A DNA stretch of 64,000 nucleotides from an uncultured Muribaculaceae bacterium. GTDB lineage: Bacteria; Bacillota_I; Bacilli_A; RF39; UBA660. Positions 38,215 through 48,468 of the stretch are shown in pieces; positions within the stretch are counted from its first letter, which is position 1, and each line of letters opens with the position of its first letter. Where the stretch lies: NCBI GenBank assembly GCA_964493665.1, contig CAZBOZ010000002.1, forward strand, positions 1,207-65,206, given 5' to 3'. The notes below the pieces were generated by a model. It did no database searches. It was not told the origin of the DNA and was given only the letters and a program-made list of their open reading frames with translations. The position numbers and the translations under genes are program-made.

Positions 38215-38885
38215 TGGTTAGTATTAGTTTACGTTTAAAAGAAATAGTAAAATTTATTAATAGTACTGATAATTTAATTGACATCGGTTGTGATCATGCT
38301 TTACTAGGTATATATTTAATTCAAAATAAAATAATAGAAGAATGCTATGTTAGTGATATTAATGAAAAAGCTTTAAATAATGCTGTTTTAAATATTAAAA
38401 CATATAAATTAACTAAAGTGATTCATCCAGTACTAGCTAATGGTTTAGATGCTATAGAAAATGATAAAATAGATACAATTATAATATCTGGTTTAGGTGC
38501 TTATACTATAATTGATATTTTAAAAAATAAAACTAAATTAAAAAATATATCTAAGATCATTATTCAATCTAATAACAATCATTATTTATTAAGAAAATCA
38601 TTAAATAAAATTGGCTTTTATATAAAAGATGAGAATGTTGTATTGGATAATCATAAATATTATATAACTATGATGTTAAAAAGAGGCTATAAAAAATATA
38701 ATTATCAAGACTTATTATATGGGCCTATTTTAAAAAATAAAAAAGAAAATCTTAATTATTTTAAATATTTAAAAGATAGTTATTTAAAAGTTATTAAACT
38801 TTTACCAAGAAAACAACTAATTACTATGTTTAAATTAAAATATAAAATATATTTATTAAATAAAATAATAAAATCACTTCGTTGA
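38214..38885 (+). CDS. trmK: tRNA (adenine22-N1)-methyltransferase TrmK (YqfN-like class I SAM MTase)
   Basis: NLIDIGCDHALLGIYL SAM motif. Sits in the dnaG-sigA-trmK context as in Bacillus. Confidence 0.7.
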   Translation: MVSISLRLKEIVKFINSTDNLIDIGCDHALLGIYLIQNKIIEECYVSDINEKALNNAVLNIKTYKLTKVIHPVLANGLDAIENDKIDTIIISGLGAYTIIDILKNKTKLKNISKIIIQSNNNHYLLRKSLNKIGFYIKDENVVLDNHKYYITMMLKRGYKKYNYQDLLYGPILKNKKENLNYFKYLKDSYLKVIKLLPRKQLITMFKLKYKIYLLNKIIKSLR

Positions 38886-39992
38886 AGTGATTTTTATTGG
38901 TTTATGATTGTTTTCAAATTCTAACACATTACTTTTACTGATAAAATTATAAATACTAGCGCTCTTAATTTCATATTTGTATAAAACAGATTTATAATTT
39001 TTAGTTTTTTCTGTTATATCATTTTTATTTTTTAGTTTATTTAGATATTCTTGACCTTTTTTATTAAATCCTAATATTTGAATATAATCTAATTCTTTAT
39101 AATGTTTAACATCTTCTTTTTTTAACCCAATTAGAATATGGACAAGCATTCTTTTAAGTCTATTGTGAGTATATCTTTTACTTTTAATCTTTGTCATTAA
39201 TTCATCAATATTATTAACATTATTTATTTCTTTTAACAACTTATAATGGATCCCTTCATCAACTGTTAAATATTGATCCAAGCTATCATCAGTTAATATT
39301 TTATATTTTAAATAAGGAAATAAATCATTTAAACTAATGTTTTCAATACACTTAGCCACTCCTTTAGGCATAAATTTATCAACATTTTCTTTGTTATTTA
39401 TTTTGTTCCTAATGTTAGAAGCACTAATGATTTTGTTATTACTATCAATATCATGATAACTATTGGTTCTTTTTATAGTAACTGGAATTATTTTTTTATT
39501 TATTTTATTAATAGCTTTTATATAAGCAACTCCTAATAAGTCATTTGGAGTACTTAGTTCATCTTTAAAAGAATCTCCTAAAGCTTTGGGATAACTCAGT
39601 CCTTTTTTTAAATTTAATTTAATTTTTGAACTAAGACTCTTTTCTTTTTTAGCTATTTTTTTAAGTTTTTTTAAATCATTTGATTCACTGCCAAAAACCA
39701 ACTTATTAATTTTGAACTCATTTAATATTTTAATAGCCCCATAAGCAAAATTATCAGCACTTTGATTACCATAAAAGAACGGTAAAGTAACTACTAAATC
39801 AACACCGTTTTCTAAAGCAATCTTAGCTTTGGCTTCTTTAGATATAATACTTACTTCACCACGTTCTAAAAAGTAACCATTTAATACTAAAATGATTATA
39901 GCTTCTGGATCAATTTTTTTAGCTTCCTCAATATGATATTTATGACCATTATGAAAAGGATTGTATTCGCATATTATACCAATTGATTTCAT
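38874..39992 (-). CDS. tmcAL: tRNA(Met) cytidine acetate ligase TmcAL (YlbM-like nucleotidyltransferase)
   Basis: N-terminus MKSIGIICEYNPFHNGHKYHIEEAKK (HxGH nucleotidyltransferase motif). 372 aa. Confidence 0.75.
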   Translation of the reverse strand: MKSIGIICEYNPFHNGHKYHIEEAKKIDPEAIIILVLNGYFLERGEVSIISKEAKAKIALENGVDLVVTLPFFYGNQSADNFAYGAIKILNEFKINKLVFGSESNDLKKLKKIAKKEKSLSSKIKLNLKKGLSYPKALGDSFKDELSTPNDLLGVAYIKAINKINKKIIPVTIKRTNSYHDIDSNNKIISASNIRNKINNKENVDKFMPKGVAKCIENISLNDLFPYLKYKILTDDSLDQYLTVDEGIHYKLLKEINNVNNIDELMTKIKSKRYTHNRLKRMLVHILIGLKKEDVKHYKELDYIQILGFNKKGQEYLNKLKNKNDITEKTKNYKSVLYKYEIKSASIYNFISKSNVLEFENNHKPIKITSTK

Positions 39993-40075
39993 TTAAACCA
40001 CCAACCTAATTTTATCATAAATTGATTGCAAATGGCCATTTTATTTGTTAGTATATGTAGCAATCGGAGGACATT

Positions 40076-40597
40076 ATGATAAATATAAATGAAATAGATA
40101 ATGAACAAACAAAAACGATAATTATTGATGACAAAGGTAATGGCCTTAGAGTTCAGTTTGACTTTTTTGAACAATTGGTGGGAATATATTTTAATATGAA
40201 TATTCATGATTATTTTTGTGGTGAAGGATTTCAAGAAGGAGATAGTTTAATAATCGAAATTCATCGTTATGAGGAACCATTATTATATGATATTCTAAAA
40301 CCATTTTTTAAGGAACGAGATTTTTACAGTTTTAAAAGTGTTCATTCTTTCCCAGCCCTAAAAGAAGATGAAAATCCTAATACATTTATAATAGCCAAAA
40401 CCGATTTAGGAATTTCTATTTGTTTGGATAAAAATCCTCGAGAGTTTTCGGATAATGTTCATTTGGATGAAAAAACGGAAAATGTTGATAAATTACGTGA
40501 ATTATATTACTATCTTAGTATGTGTGCCCAAAGTAATAAGTGTAGAAAAATTTTAGAATATAAAAGGAAAAAGGCTGGTGTAATTAGTGAAAATTGA
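40076..40597 (+). CDS. Hypothetical cytoplasmic protein (173 aa) inserted ahead of yceD-rpmF
   Basis: Intact ORF with RBS ggagga. No recognisable family (YFCGEG and CAQSNKC contexts). Confidence 0.4.
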   Translation: MININEIDNEQTKTIIIDDKGNGLRVQFDFFEQLVGIYFNMNIHDYFCGEGFQEGDSLIIEIHRYEEPLLYDILKPFFKERDFYSFKSVHSFPALKEDENPNTFIIAKTDLGISICLDKNPREFSDNVHLDEKTENVDKLRELYYYLSMCAQSNKCRKILEYKRKKAGVISEN

Positions 40598-40994
40598 TTT
40601 GTCCAAATTATTATATAACCAAGCAAAAGAACTGGAAATAAATGATACTTATAATATATCTAAAAAATATTATCAAAATAGTGATATCGTTTTTTTAAAA
40701 CCAGTAATTGTATTTGGCAAAATTAAAAATAATTATCCAAATGATTTGTTATTAGAATTGTCAGTAAAAGGAACAATGATCTTAAAAGATAGTAGAACTT
40801 TAGAAGATATTCCTTATGAATATAGCATCGAAATTAAAGAATCAATTGACGAAAATGAACAAATAAAGCAAAATATACTTGATATTGAGCCAATTTTATG
40901 GGAAAATATCATGTTGGAAGTACCAATTAGAATTGTTAGTAACGAAGAACCTCTTAATTTAAGTGGTGAAGGTTGGGAAATAAAAGAAAATTAA
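40587..40994 (+). CDS. YceD/YlbN-like DUF177 protein (large ribosomal subunit accumulation factor)
   Basis: 135 aa. Positioned immediately upstream of rpmF, the conserved yceD-rpmF pairing. GTG start overlaps the previous ORF. Confidence 0.55.
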   Translation: MKIDLSKLLYNQAKELEINDTYNISKKYYQNSDIVFLKPVIVFGKIKNNYPNDLLLELSVKGTMILKDSRTLEDIPYEYSIEIKESIDENEQIKQNILDIEPILWENIMLEVPIRIVSNEEPLNLSGEGWEIKEN

Positions 40995-41017
40995 ATTAAG
41001 GCGGAAGGAGTGATATT

Positions 41018-41329
41018 ATGGCAGTTCCATTTAGAAGAACTAGTAAAACAAAGAAAAGAATGCGTCATACTCATTTGAAGAAAGAAGTAGGAGCATTAAC
41101 AATTTGTCCAAATTGCAAAGCATCTATTAGACCTCATAGAATGTGTCCAAAATGTGGATACTATAAAGGTAAAGAAGTAGTTGTTGCTAAAGAAGAAGTA
41201 ATGGAAGAAAAGAAAGCAAAAAAAGTTAGTGAACCTAAACAAGTAGTTAAAAAGGAAACTAAAAAAGTTGCTTCAGCTCCTAAAAAGGTAGCTAAAAAAG
41301 CTACATTAAATAGAACAACTTCAAAATAA
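41018..41329 (+). CDS. rpmF: 50S ribosomal protein L32 with a ~45-aa lysine/alanine-rich C-terminal extension
   Basis: [22 protein letters not shown]...CPNCK...CPKCGYYKG is canonical L32. It is followed in-frame by [48 protein letters not shown]. Confidence 0.85.
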   Translation: MAVPFRRTSKTKKRMRHTHLKKEVGALTICPNCKASIRPHRMCPKCGYYKGKEVVVAKEEVMEEKKAKKVSEPKQVVKKETKKVASAPKKVAKKATLNRTTSK

Positions 41330-41358
41330 TCTGACAATTAATGTAAATATTAAAAAAA

Positions 41359-41385
41359 ATGTAAAAAATACTTTACATTTTTTTT
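41359..41385 (+). terminator. Rho-independent terminator after rpmF
   Basis: atgtaaa-aaatac-tttacat 7-bp stem plus T7. Confidence 0.6.
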
Positions 41386-41400
41386 GTGGTGTTGTATTAT

Positions 41401-41435
41401 AGTGGTAGCAAGTGCCACATAGTGGTAGAAAGTGG
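41401..41435 (+). promoter_or_regulatory. MraZ-box array: four AGTG(G/C) direct repeats with exact 10-bp periodicity upstream of mraZ
   Basis: agtgg 41401, agtgc 41411, agtgg 41421, agtgg 41431. Matches the GTGG-N6 repeat operator described for MraZ autoregulation in Firmicutes and Mollicutes. Confidence 0.6.
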
Positions 41436-41444
41436 GGGATTTCA

Positions 41445-41891
41445 ATGTTTATGGGCGAGTATCATCATACGATTGATGACAAAGGCAGATTAATTATTCC
41501 ATCTAAGTTTCGTTATGAATTGGGCGAAAAGTTCATTGTAACTAGAGGCTTAGAAAAATGTCTATTTATTTATTCATTAACAGAATGGAATAGTATTGTA
41601 AGCAGGCTAAAAACTCTACCATTTACTAAGAAAGACGCCAGAGATTTTATTAGATTCTTTCTATCAGGTGCTGCTGAATGTGAATTTGACAAACAAGGTC
41701 GAATTAACATTACCTCCCCATTGGTTAGTTACGCCGATTTGAACAAGGAAATTGTGATAATCGGCGCAAACGACCGACTAGAAGTTTGGTCAAAAGAAGG
41801 ATGGGATAAATTCTTCACTAATAATGAAGATAGATTAGCTGACATAGCAGAGCATTTATTTGAAGAAGAGAAAGTAAATGAAGCATTATAG
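41445..41891 (+). CDS. mraZ: Transcriptional regulator MraZ
   Basis: [23 protein letters not shown]... with the duplicated DxxxR motif (IDDKGRL / FDKQGRI). Start chosen at ATG 41445 rather than the track start 41412. Confidence 0.9.
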   Translation: MFMGEYHHTIDDKGRLIIPSKFRYELGEKFIVTRGLEKCLFIYSLTEWNSIVSRLKTLPFTKKDARDFIRFFLSGAAECEFDKQGRINITSPLVSYADLNKEIVIIGANDRLEVWSKEGWDKFFTNNEDRLADIAEHLFEEEKVNEAL

Positions 41892-42792
41892 CGTATTAAA
41901 GACTGAAACTATTAATTCATTAAACATTAATAGTAATGGCATTTATGTAGATGCAACTCTAGGCTATGCAGGTCACAGCAAAGAAATATTAAGGAAATTA
42001 AAAAGGGGTTTCCTATTCGCCTTCGATCAAGATCAAGAAGCTTTAGATTTTAGTTTTAAAGAGCTGTCTGATATTGGTCAAAATTTCAAATTAATTCATA
42101 GTAACTTCGTTAATTTAAAAAACAAATTACAAGAAGAAGGAATTAATGAAGTAGATGGCATCATCTTTGATTTGGGACTAAGTAGTCCCCAAATAGATGA
42201 AACTTCAAGAGGTTTTTCATTTATGAAAGATGCCACTTTAGATATGCGTATGGATCAAAGTCAAAAACTTGATGCTAAGTATATTATAAATAATTATGAA
42301 CTAATAAAACTTATTGATATTTTTTTTACTTATGGTGAAGAAAGATTTTCTAAACCAATAGCTAAAAAAATCTGTGAAAAAAGACCTATTAATACAACTA
42401 ATGAGTTAGTTAATGTAATTAAAGAGTCTGTTCCAACTAAGTACTTCATAGAACATCATCCTGAAAGAAAAATATTTCAAGCCATTAGGATTGAAGTTAA
42501 TAAAGAACTAGAGTCTTTAGAAAAAGTGTTACCAGATGCCATTAGCATTCTTAAAAAAGGTGGAAGAATATGCGTTATAACATTTCATTCCTTGGAAGAT
42601 AGAATAGTAAAACAAATATTTAATAAATATAGTAATATAGATCCTTTAGTAAAGGGATTAAAGGAAATACCTGAAGAATATAAACCATTAATAAAATTAA
42701 TTAATAAAAAACCTATTTTGCCTAGTAATAAAGAACTAGAAGAAAATAGTCGAAGTAAAAGCGCTAAGTTAAGAGTTATAGAAAGGCTATAA
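41878..42792 (+). CDS. rsmH: 16S rRNA (cytosine1402-N4)-methyltransferase RsmH (MraW)
   Basis: [25 protein letters not shown] and [15 protein letters not shown]. Confidence 0.9.
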   Translation: MKHYSVLKTETINSLNINSNGIYVDATLGYAGHSKEILRKLKRGFLFAFDQDQEALDFSFKELSDIGQNFKLIHSNFVNLKNKLQEEGINEVDGIIFDLGLSSPQIDETSRGFSFMKDATLDMRMDQSQKLDAKYIINNYELIKLIDIFFTYGEERFSKPIAKKICEKRPINTTNELVNVIKESVPTKYFIEHHPERKIFQAIRIEVNKELESLEKVLPDAISILKKGGRICVITFHSLEDRIVKQIFNKYSNIDPLVKGLKEIPEEYKPLIKLINKKPILPSNKELEENSRSKSAKLRVIERL

Positions 42793-42796
42793 TAAC

Positions 42797-43093
42797 ATGA
42801 AACAAAGAGGAGCAAAAATTAAATTATTTAAAGGCGAAAGATTATTGTTTTTGATGTTATTCATAATGATAATTTCTACTCCAGTGTTAATAGTTTTTTC
42901 TAAAGCGACTTTAACCAAAACTAATATTGAAGTAGAAAAACTAAAAAGTAAAATAGCTAAACAAACAGGGTTAAATGAAAGTTTATATATGAAAATAAAT
43001 GAATTGGCATCTTTGGATAATATTCAAGATGTTGCAAAAGCAGAAGGGTTATCTTATAATAATAGTAATATCAAAACAATAAGCAATAATTAA
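42797..43093 (+). CDS. ftsL: Cell division protein FtsL (small bitopic coiled-coil protein)
   Basis: 98 aa, single TM, coiled-coil periplasmic part. Sits in the rsmH-ftsL-pbp position. Confidence 0.6.
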   Translation: MKQRGAKIKLFKGERLLFLMLFIMIISTPVLIVFSKATLTKTNIEVEKLKSKIAKQTGLNESLYMKINELASLDNIQDVAKAEGLSYNNSNIKTISNN

Positions 43094-43106
43094 TGAGGTA
43101 ATTTAT

Positions 43107-45281
43107 ATGAAAAGGAAAAACAATACAGTAAAAGTTAATAAATTCTTTCTTCTTGGTATTGTTTTTTTATTTGGAGTAATAATGATAAAAACTGCTTATA
43201 TTGCTATTACTCATAACATTGATAATATAAATTTAAAAGTATTTGCTCAAAACAGAGATACTGTAAAAACCACTTTGTATGCTAAAAGAGGAACTATTTA
43301 TGATGTGAATAATGAGGTTTTAGCTCAGAATGTTAATTCTTATACGGTGATAGCATTTTTAGCATCAAGTAGAACAACTGATTCTAATAATCCTCAACAT
43401 GTAGTAGATAAAGAATATACAGCTGAAAAACTATATGAAGTTTTTTCTAAAGATTTAAAAAACAATAGCATGTCTAAAGATGATATTTTAGCTCTTTTAA
43501 ACAAAGAAAATGTTTATCAAGTAGAGCTTGGTCCAAGTGGTAGAGGCATAACTGAACTTGTTAAAGAAGATATTGAAGATTTATCTTTACCAGGAATAGC
43601 TTTTATATCTAGCAGTAAAAGATATTACCAAATGGGTAATTTTGCTTCTTATATACTTGGTTATGCTAAAAAGAATGATGAAGGTAAAATAATAGGTGAG
43701 ATGGGTATTGAAGCTTACTTTAATGATTATTTAACTGGTGTTGATGGTTATACTGAATACCAAAAAGATGCTTATGGTTACCAAATACCAAATACTCCAT
43801 CAATTACTAATGAGCCTGAAGATGGGGCAGATATTTATTTAACTTTAGATAATACTATTCAATTAAAATTAGAGAATGCTATTAAAGAAATAGAAGAACA
43901 ATATAGTATGACTTGGATGACAATCACTATTGCTGATGCGAAAACTGGAGCAATAGTTGGTTCAGCTTCATCACCTAATTTTGATCCTAATACTTTAGGC
44001 ATTTCTACTTATTTAACACCTTTAACGCAATATGCTTATGAACCAGGAAGTACCATGAAAATATTTTCTTTTATGGCTGCTATGGAAAATGGCGTATATG
44101 ATGGCAATGAAACATATCAATCAGGGACTTTAAAAATAGGGGATATCACTATTAAAGACTTTAATAATGTTGGATGGGGAACAATTACCTATGATCAAGG
44201 ATTTTCTTATTCATCCAATGTGGCAGCCGCTAAATTAGCTCAAAAATTAGGTAGAAAAAAATTAAAATCTTATTATAACCTTTTAGGCTTTGGCTCTAAA
44301 ACTGGCATAGAATTACCTAATGAATCAGCAGGTACAGTGAATTTTAGATATGATATTGAAATATCAAATGCCGCATTTGGCCAAGGTATTACGACAACTC
44401 CAGTTCAAAATATTCAAGCTTTAACATCAATTGCTAATGATGGTATAATGCTAAAACCATATATAGTTGAAAAAATAGTTGATCCTAGTACTGGCGAAGT
44501 TTTATATAAAGGTAAAAGAACTGAAGTAACTAGAGTAGCTAGTAGTGAAACTATTGCAAAAATAAAAGATATGATGAAAGATGTTGTTTATAGTGGGTTA
44601 ACTACTGCTAAATACTACCAAACTGATAGTGTTACATTAATGGGTAAAACTGGAACAGCTCAAATACCATCAAAAACTGGTGGCTATCTAACCGGAGAAT
44701 ATAATTATATTCGTAGCTTTGCAGGTTTGTTTCCTTATGAAGATCCCCAATATATAGTTTATATTTCGGTAAAACAATTAGTTGGATCACTTAAAACAGT
44801 TGCCAATATGGTTTCAGGAATAGTAGATGATATTGCTACTTATAAAAACTTATCTAATAATGAAGATGATACTTCAAAAGTTATAGCTTTATCTTCTTAT
44901 ATTAGTAAGGCAATTGATATTTCTAAAACTGAATTAGAAGCTTTGGGATTAGATCCAATTGTTATTGGTGATGGTGAGATAATAGTTGATCAATTCCCTA
45001 AAAAAGGGACTAATATGGCAAGTGATGAAAAAGTTTATTTAAAAACTAATGAATTAGAATATAAAATGCCAAATGTTATTGGTTGGTCAACTGCCGAAAT
45101 TAAAAATTATTGTAATTTTCTATCTTTAAAATGTGAGTATGATGGCTATGGCTATGTTTCGGAGTCATCTTTACTTTCAGGTAGCAATATAAATATAAAA
45201 TCAACTTTGAGTTTTAAACTAATTAATAAATATGAACTATATTTAACTGAAAAAAATGTTGTAGAAGATAACGAAGATTGA
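43107..45281 (+). CDS. pbpB: Penicillin-binding protein 2B / FtsI-like class B PBP with two C-terminal PASTA domains
   Basis: Transpeptidase motifs STMK (SxxK), SSN and KTGT. PASTA-like repeats in the last ~130 aa. Confidence 0.85.
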   Translation: MKRKNNTVKVNKFFLLGIVFLFGVIMIKTAYIAITHNIDNINLKVFAQNRDTVKTTLYAKRGTIYDVNNEVLAQNVNSYTVIAFLASSRTTDSNNPQHVVDKEYTAEKLYEVFSKDLKNNSMSKDDILALLNKENVYQVELGPSGRGITELVKEDIEDLSLPGIAFISSSKRYYQMGNFASYILGYAKKNDEGKIIGEMGIEAYFNDYLTGVDGYTEYQKDAYGYQIPNTPSITNEPEDGADIYLTLDNTIQLKLENAIKEIEEQYSMTWMTITIADAKTGAIVGSASSPNFDPNTLGISTYLTPLTQYAYEPGSTMKIFSFMAAMENGVYDGNETYQSGTLKIGDITIKDFNNVGWGTITYDQGFSYSSNVAAAKLAQKLGRKKLKSYYNLLGFGSKTGIELPNESAGTVNFRYDIEISNAAFGQGITTTPVQNIQALTSIANDGIMLKPYIVEKIVDPSTGEVLYKGKRTEVTRVASSETIAKIKDMMKDVVYSGLTTAKYYQTDSVTLMGKTGTAQIPSKTGGYLTGEYNYIRSFAGLFPYEDPQYIVYISVKQLVGSLKTVANMVSGIVDDIATYKNLSNNEDDTSKVIALSSYISKAIDISKTELEALGLDPIVIGDGEIIVDQFPKKGTNMASDEKVYLKTNELEYKMPNVIGWSTAEIKNYCNFLSLKCEYDGYGYVSESSLLSGSNINIKSTLSFKLINKYELYLTEKNVVEDNED

Positions 45282-45314
45282 GAAAATTATATCAAAATGA
45301 TATAATTTTTTTAA

Positions 45315-45399
<85 letters not shown>

Positions 45400-45481
45400 A
45401 TTAAAAAAATATGAAAATATTTTTATAAAACATGTTAATATATTACTAGGAAGATATAATTAATTTGAAAGAAGGTATAGT

Positions 45482-46474
45482 ATGTTAATTTTAGCAAAGG
45501 CAGCTTTAGCAATAATGGTAGGATTTATTATTGCTTTAGGATTAGGATTTGTTTTAATTCCAATCTTAAGAAAATTTAAGTTTAAACAAAATGTTAGTCA
45601 AACAATAGGAGAGAGGCATATTGCCAAACAAGGAACACCAACAATTGGAGGCTTAATATTTATTATCTCAACTCTTTTAGCTTTAGTTGTTCTTTATTTA
45701 AGAGGAAGTATTAATATTAATGCCAACTTAATAATTGTAGTATTTGTCTTTTTATCTTATGCTTTACTTGGATTTATTGATGATTTTTTGAAAATAAAAT
45801 TTAAAAATAATAAAGGTTTGAAAATATCAACTAAATTATTAATTCAAGGGTTTATCACTTTAGTTTTCTTTTATATATTTATGCAACATGGAGGAATGAC
45901 TTCAGTAAACATAACTTCTTTAGGAATAAATATTCCTTTAGGATGGTTCTTTGGAATATTTATCTTTTGTGTTTTAGTAGGAACAACCAATGCAGTTAAT
46001 ATAACTGATGGCCTAGATGGACTTGCTACTGGACTTTCTTTAATAGCTTTTCTGGCATATGGGCTTATTGCTTGGAATGCTACTTGGATGGAAGGTTATC
46101 AAGAGGTAGCAATATTTTCTTTCGTTTTAATAGGTGGTTTACTTGGCTTCTTAATATTTAATAGTCATCCGGCGAGGATATTTATGGGAGATACCGGAGC
46201 GTTAGCTTTAGGTGGAGCTTTAGGAACTATTGCTATTATTACACGACATGAGTTTTCTTTACTCTTAGTTGGTGGAGTATTTGTTATTGAAGCATTAAGT
46301 TCTTTAATTCAAATTTTTGCTATTAGAAAATTTAAAAGAAAAGTATTCTTAATGGCTCCTATACATCATCACTTTGAACAGCTAGGCTATCAAGAAGGCG
46401 ACATCGTAAAAGGTTTTTGGATATTAGGTCTTATGTTTGCAATGATAGCCATAATTTATGGAGTATGGATTTAA
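45482..46474 (+). CDS. mraY: Phospho-N-acetylmuramoyl-pentapeptide transferase
   Basis: Ten TM helices; conserved NAVNITDGLDGLA and PIHHHFE motifs. Confidence 0.9.
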   Translation: MLILAKAALAIMVGFIIALGLGFVLIPILRKFKFKQNVSQTIGERHIAKQGTPTIGGLIFIISTLLALVVLYLRGSININANLIIVVFVFLSYALLGFIDDFLKIKFKNNKGLKISTKLLIQGFITLVFFYIFMQHGGMTSVNITSLGINIPLGWFFGIFIFCVLVGTTNAVNITDGLDGLATGLSLIAFLAYGLIAWNATWMEGYQEVAIFSFVLIGGLLGFLIFNSHPARIFMGDTGALALGGALGTIAIITRHEFSLLLVGGVFVIEALSSLIQIFAIRKFKRKVFLMAPIHHHFEQLGYQEGDIVKGFWILGLMFAMIAIIYGVWI

Positions 46475-46536
46475 AAGTAACTTAGGTTACTTTTTTTGTA
46501 ATTTACATAATAAGCAAAAAATGATACAATCTCATC

Positions 46537-48456
46537 ATGGAGAAGCAAATGAAATTATTAAAAAAACCAATAGATTTTAAAAACATTTGGATAAAAATTA
46601 AAAAATTTATTAAAAACAATATCCATATTTTTTATATGGCTATACCTTTAATATTAATGGATTTAATGACTAGGTATTTAGGCATGGGCATCCATTTTTA
46701 TAAAATATATCGTTTTGCTCCTAATTTTTTTACTTTATTATGGGTATTTTTATTTGTAGGGATTTCCTTATCTTTAAAAAAATATGCTGGTAAGATAGTA
46801 TATTTAGTAGTAAATATTATCTTTATAATTCTCTTTTTAATAAACAATGTCTATTATTCATTAAGTGCCAACTTTTTTAGTTTTAATTTAATTGAGGTGG
46901 CAGGTGAGGGCTCTCCTTATTTTTGGGCGACTTTAAAAAATTGTAATCCTTTAGTATATATATTTTTAGGAATAATTATTATCACTTTTATTTGGGGCTT
47001 TATTAAAACTCCAGTTAATAAAAAATATAGTTTTAAAAAACTTAGTATAGTTTTAATTGTTTTCTTATCACTTCATACTGTCGCCCCAATGTTTTTAGGC
47101 AAAGCTAATACTGATTTAGTATGGAGCACTTGGAAAAACCCTCGTAATGTTTATTTATCTTTTAATGATGCTAATAAAAGCATACAGGTAAGTGGATTAT
47201 TTGAATATTCCGTTAGAAACTTTTTTGTAACTTATTTAAGAGACCAAGAATTAGATGAAAGTGAGCTAGCTTTGCTTGATGAAATGTATAGTGTTTCATC
47301 TACCGATAATAGTAATAAATATACTGGTAAGTATGAAGGCAAGAACTTAATATTTTTACAATTAGAAGGAATAGATAGTTGGTTACTTACCAAAGAAGAT
47401 ACTCCTACTTTATACCAAATGATGACTAATTCGATTAATTTTTCTAATAAGCATTATTCTTTTTATACCGGTGGTGGTTCAACCTTTAATTCTGAATTTG
47501 CAGTTAATACCGGTTTTATAGTACCAATATCATACAACCAAAATGCTTATTCGTTTAGTAATAATAAATTTCCTTATTCAATGGCTCATTTATTTAAAGA
47601 TGCGGGATATCAAGTAAATGCTTTTCATATGAATACTAAAGAGTATTATTCTAGGAGTATTAATTATGATAGTTGGGGCTACGACCACTATTATGGTTTA
47701 GTGGATATGGAAGAATATAATGACTATACTTATGAATTAGATAGAGAATTAATAAATAATGAAGATTTTAGTAATTTAATGTTTCCAGTAGATCAAAAAT
47801 TTGTCGATTATATAATTACTTATTCAACTCATTTACCATTTACGAATACTAGTGGTGTTTGCAAACTTTTATATGATTTAGATAATGTTGATACTGATAA
47901 TGAATTTATAGAAATGACTGAAGAAGAGTGTGCTAGACGTCAAGCAGCTGAAACTGATTATATGGTATCTTTATTACTTGATAAATTAAAAGCTGATAAC
48001 CTGATTAATAATACTGTTATAGTAGTATTTACCGATCATTATTTATATACTTTAAATGATAAAACTATTTTAGATAAATATAAAGAAACTGATAATAACT
48101 TAATTAATAATACTCCTTTCTTTATTTGGGATAATGGTAAAACTAAAAAGACCATGAAAGAAGTAACTTCTCAATTAAACATATTACCAACGGTATTAAA
48201 TTTATATGGTATTGATTATAATAATATTAATTATATTGGCGAAGATGCTTTAGATCCTAAATATGATGGTATAGCTTTCTTTAATGATTACTCTTGGTAT
48301 GATGGTACTGTTTATGTGGAGGGCGGAGAAGTAACTAATAATGGCAAAATAAAAGATATTCGTTTAGAAGAAGAAAACACTTATGTAAATAACTTAATAA
48401 TAAGAAATGACTTAACTTTAAAATATAATTATTTTAATATATTAGAAAAAAAATAA
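46537..48456 (+). CDS. LtaS-family lipoteichoic acid synthase / sulfatase-fold membrane protein (paralogue 2)
   Basis: N-terminal multi-TM region plus extracellular sulfatase domain (LQLEGIDSW, STHLPFT, FTDHYLY). 639 aa. Confidence 0.7.
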   Translation: MEKQMKLLKKPIDFKNIWIKIKKFIKNNIHIFYMAIPLILMDLMTRYLGMGIHFYKIYRFAPNFFTLLWVFLFVGISLSLKKYAGKIVYLVVNIIFIILFLINNVYYSLSANFFSFNLIEVAGEGSPYFWATLKNCNPLVYIFLGIIIITFIWGFIKTPVNKKYSFKKLSIVLIVFLSLHTVAPMFLGKANTDLVWSTWKNPRNVYLSFNDANKSIQVSGLFEYSVRNFFVTYLRDQELDESELALLDEMYSVSSTDNSNKYTGKYEGKNLIFLQLEGIDSWLLTKEDTPTLYQMMTNSINFSNKHYSFYTGGGSTFNSEFAVNTGFIVPISYNQNAYSFSNNKFPYSMAHLFKDAGYQVNAFHMNTKEYYSRSINYDSWGYDHYYGLVDMEEYNDYTYELDRELINNEDFSNLMFPVDQKFVDYIITYSTHLPFTNTSGVCKLLYDLDNVDTDNEFIEMTEEECARRQAAETDYMVSLLLDKLKADNLINNTVIVVFTDHYLYTLNDKTILDKYKETDNNLINNTPFFIWDNGKTKKTMKEVTSQLNILPTVLNLYGIDYNNINYIGEDALDPKYDGIAFFNDYSWYDGTVYVEGGEVTNNGKIKDIRLEEENTYVNNLIIRNDLTLKYNYFNILEKK

Positions 48457-48468
48457 ACTAGTAATAGT

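Noticed and set aside
39989-40234. 81-aa minus-strand ORF overlapping the promoter region and 5' end of the 40076 gene
   Set aside because: Overlaps the divergent intergenic region and the start of a + strand ORF that has a proper RBS. Low-complexity sequence.
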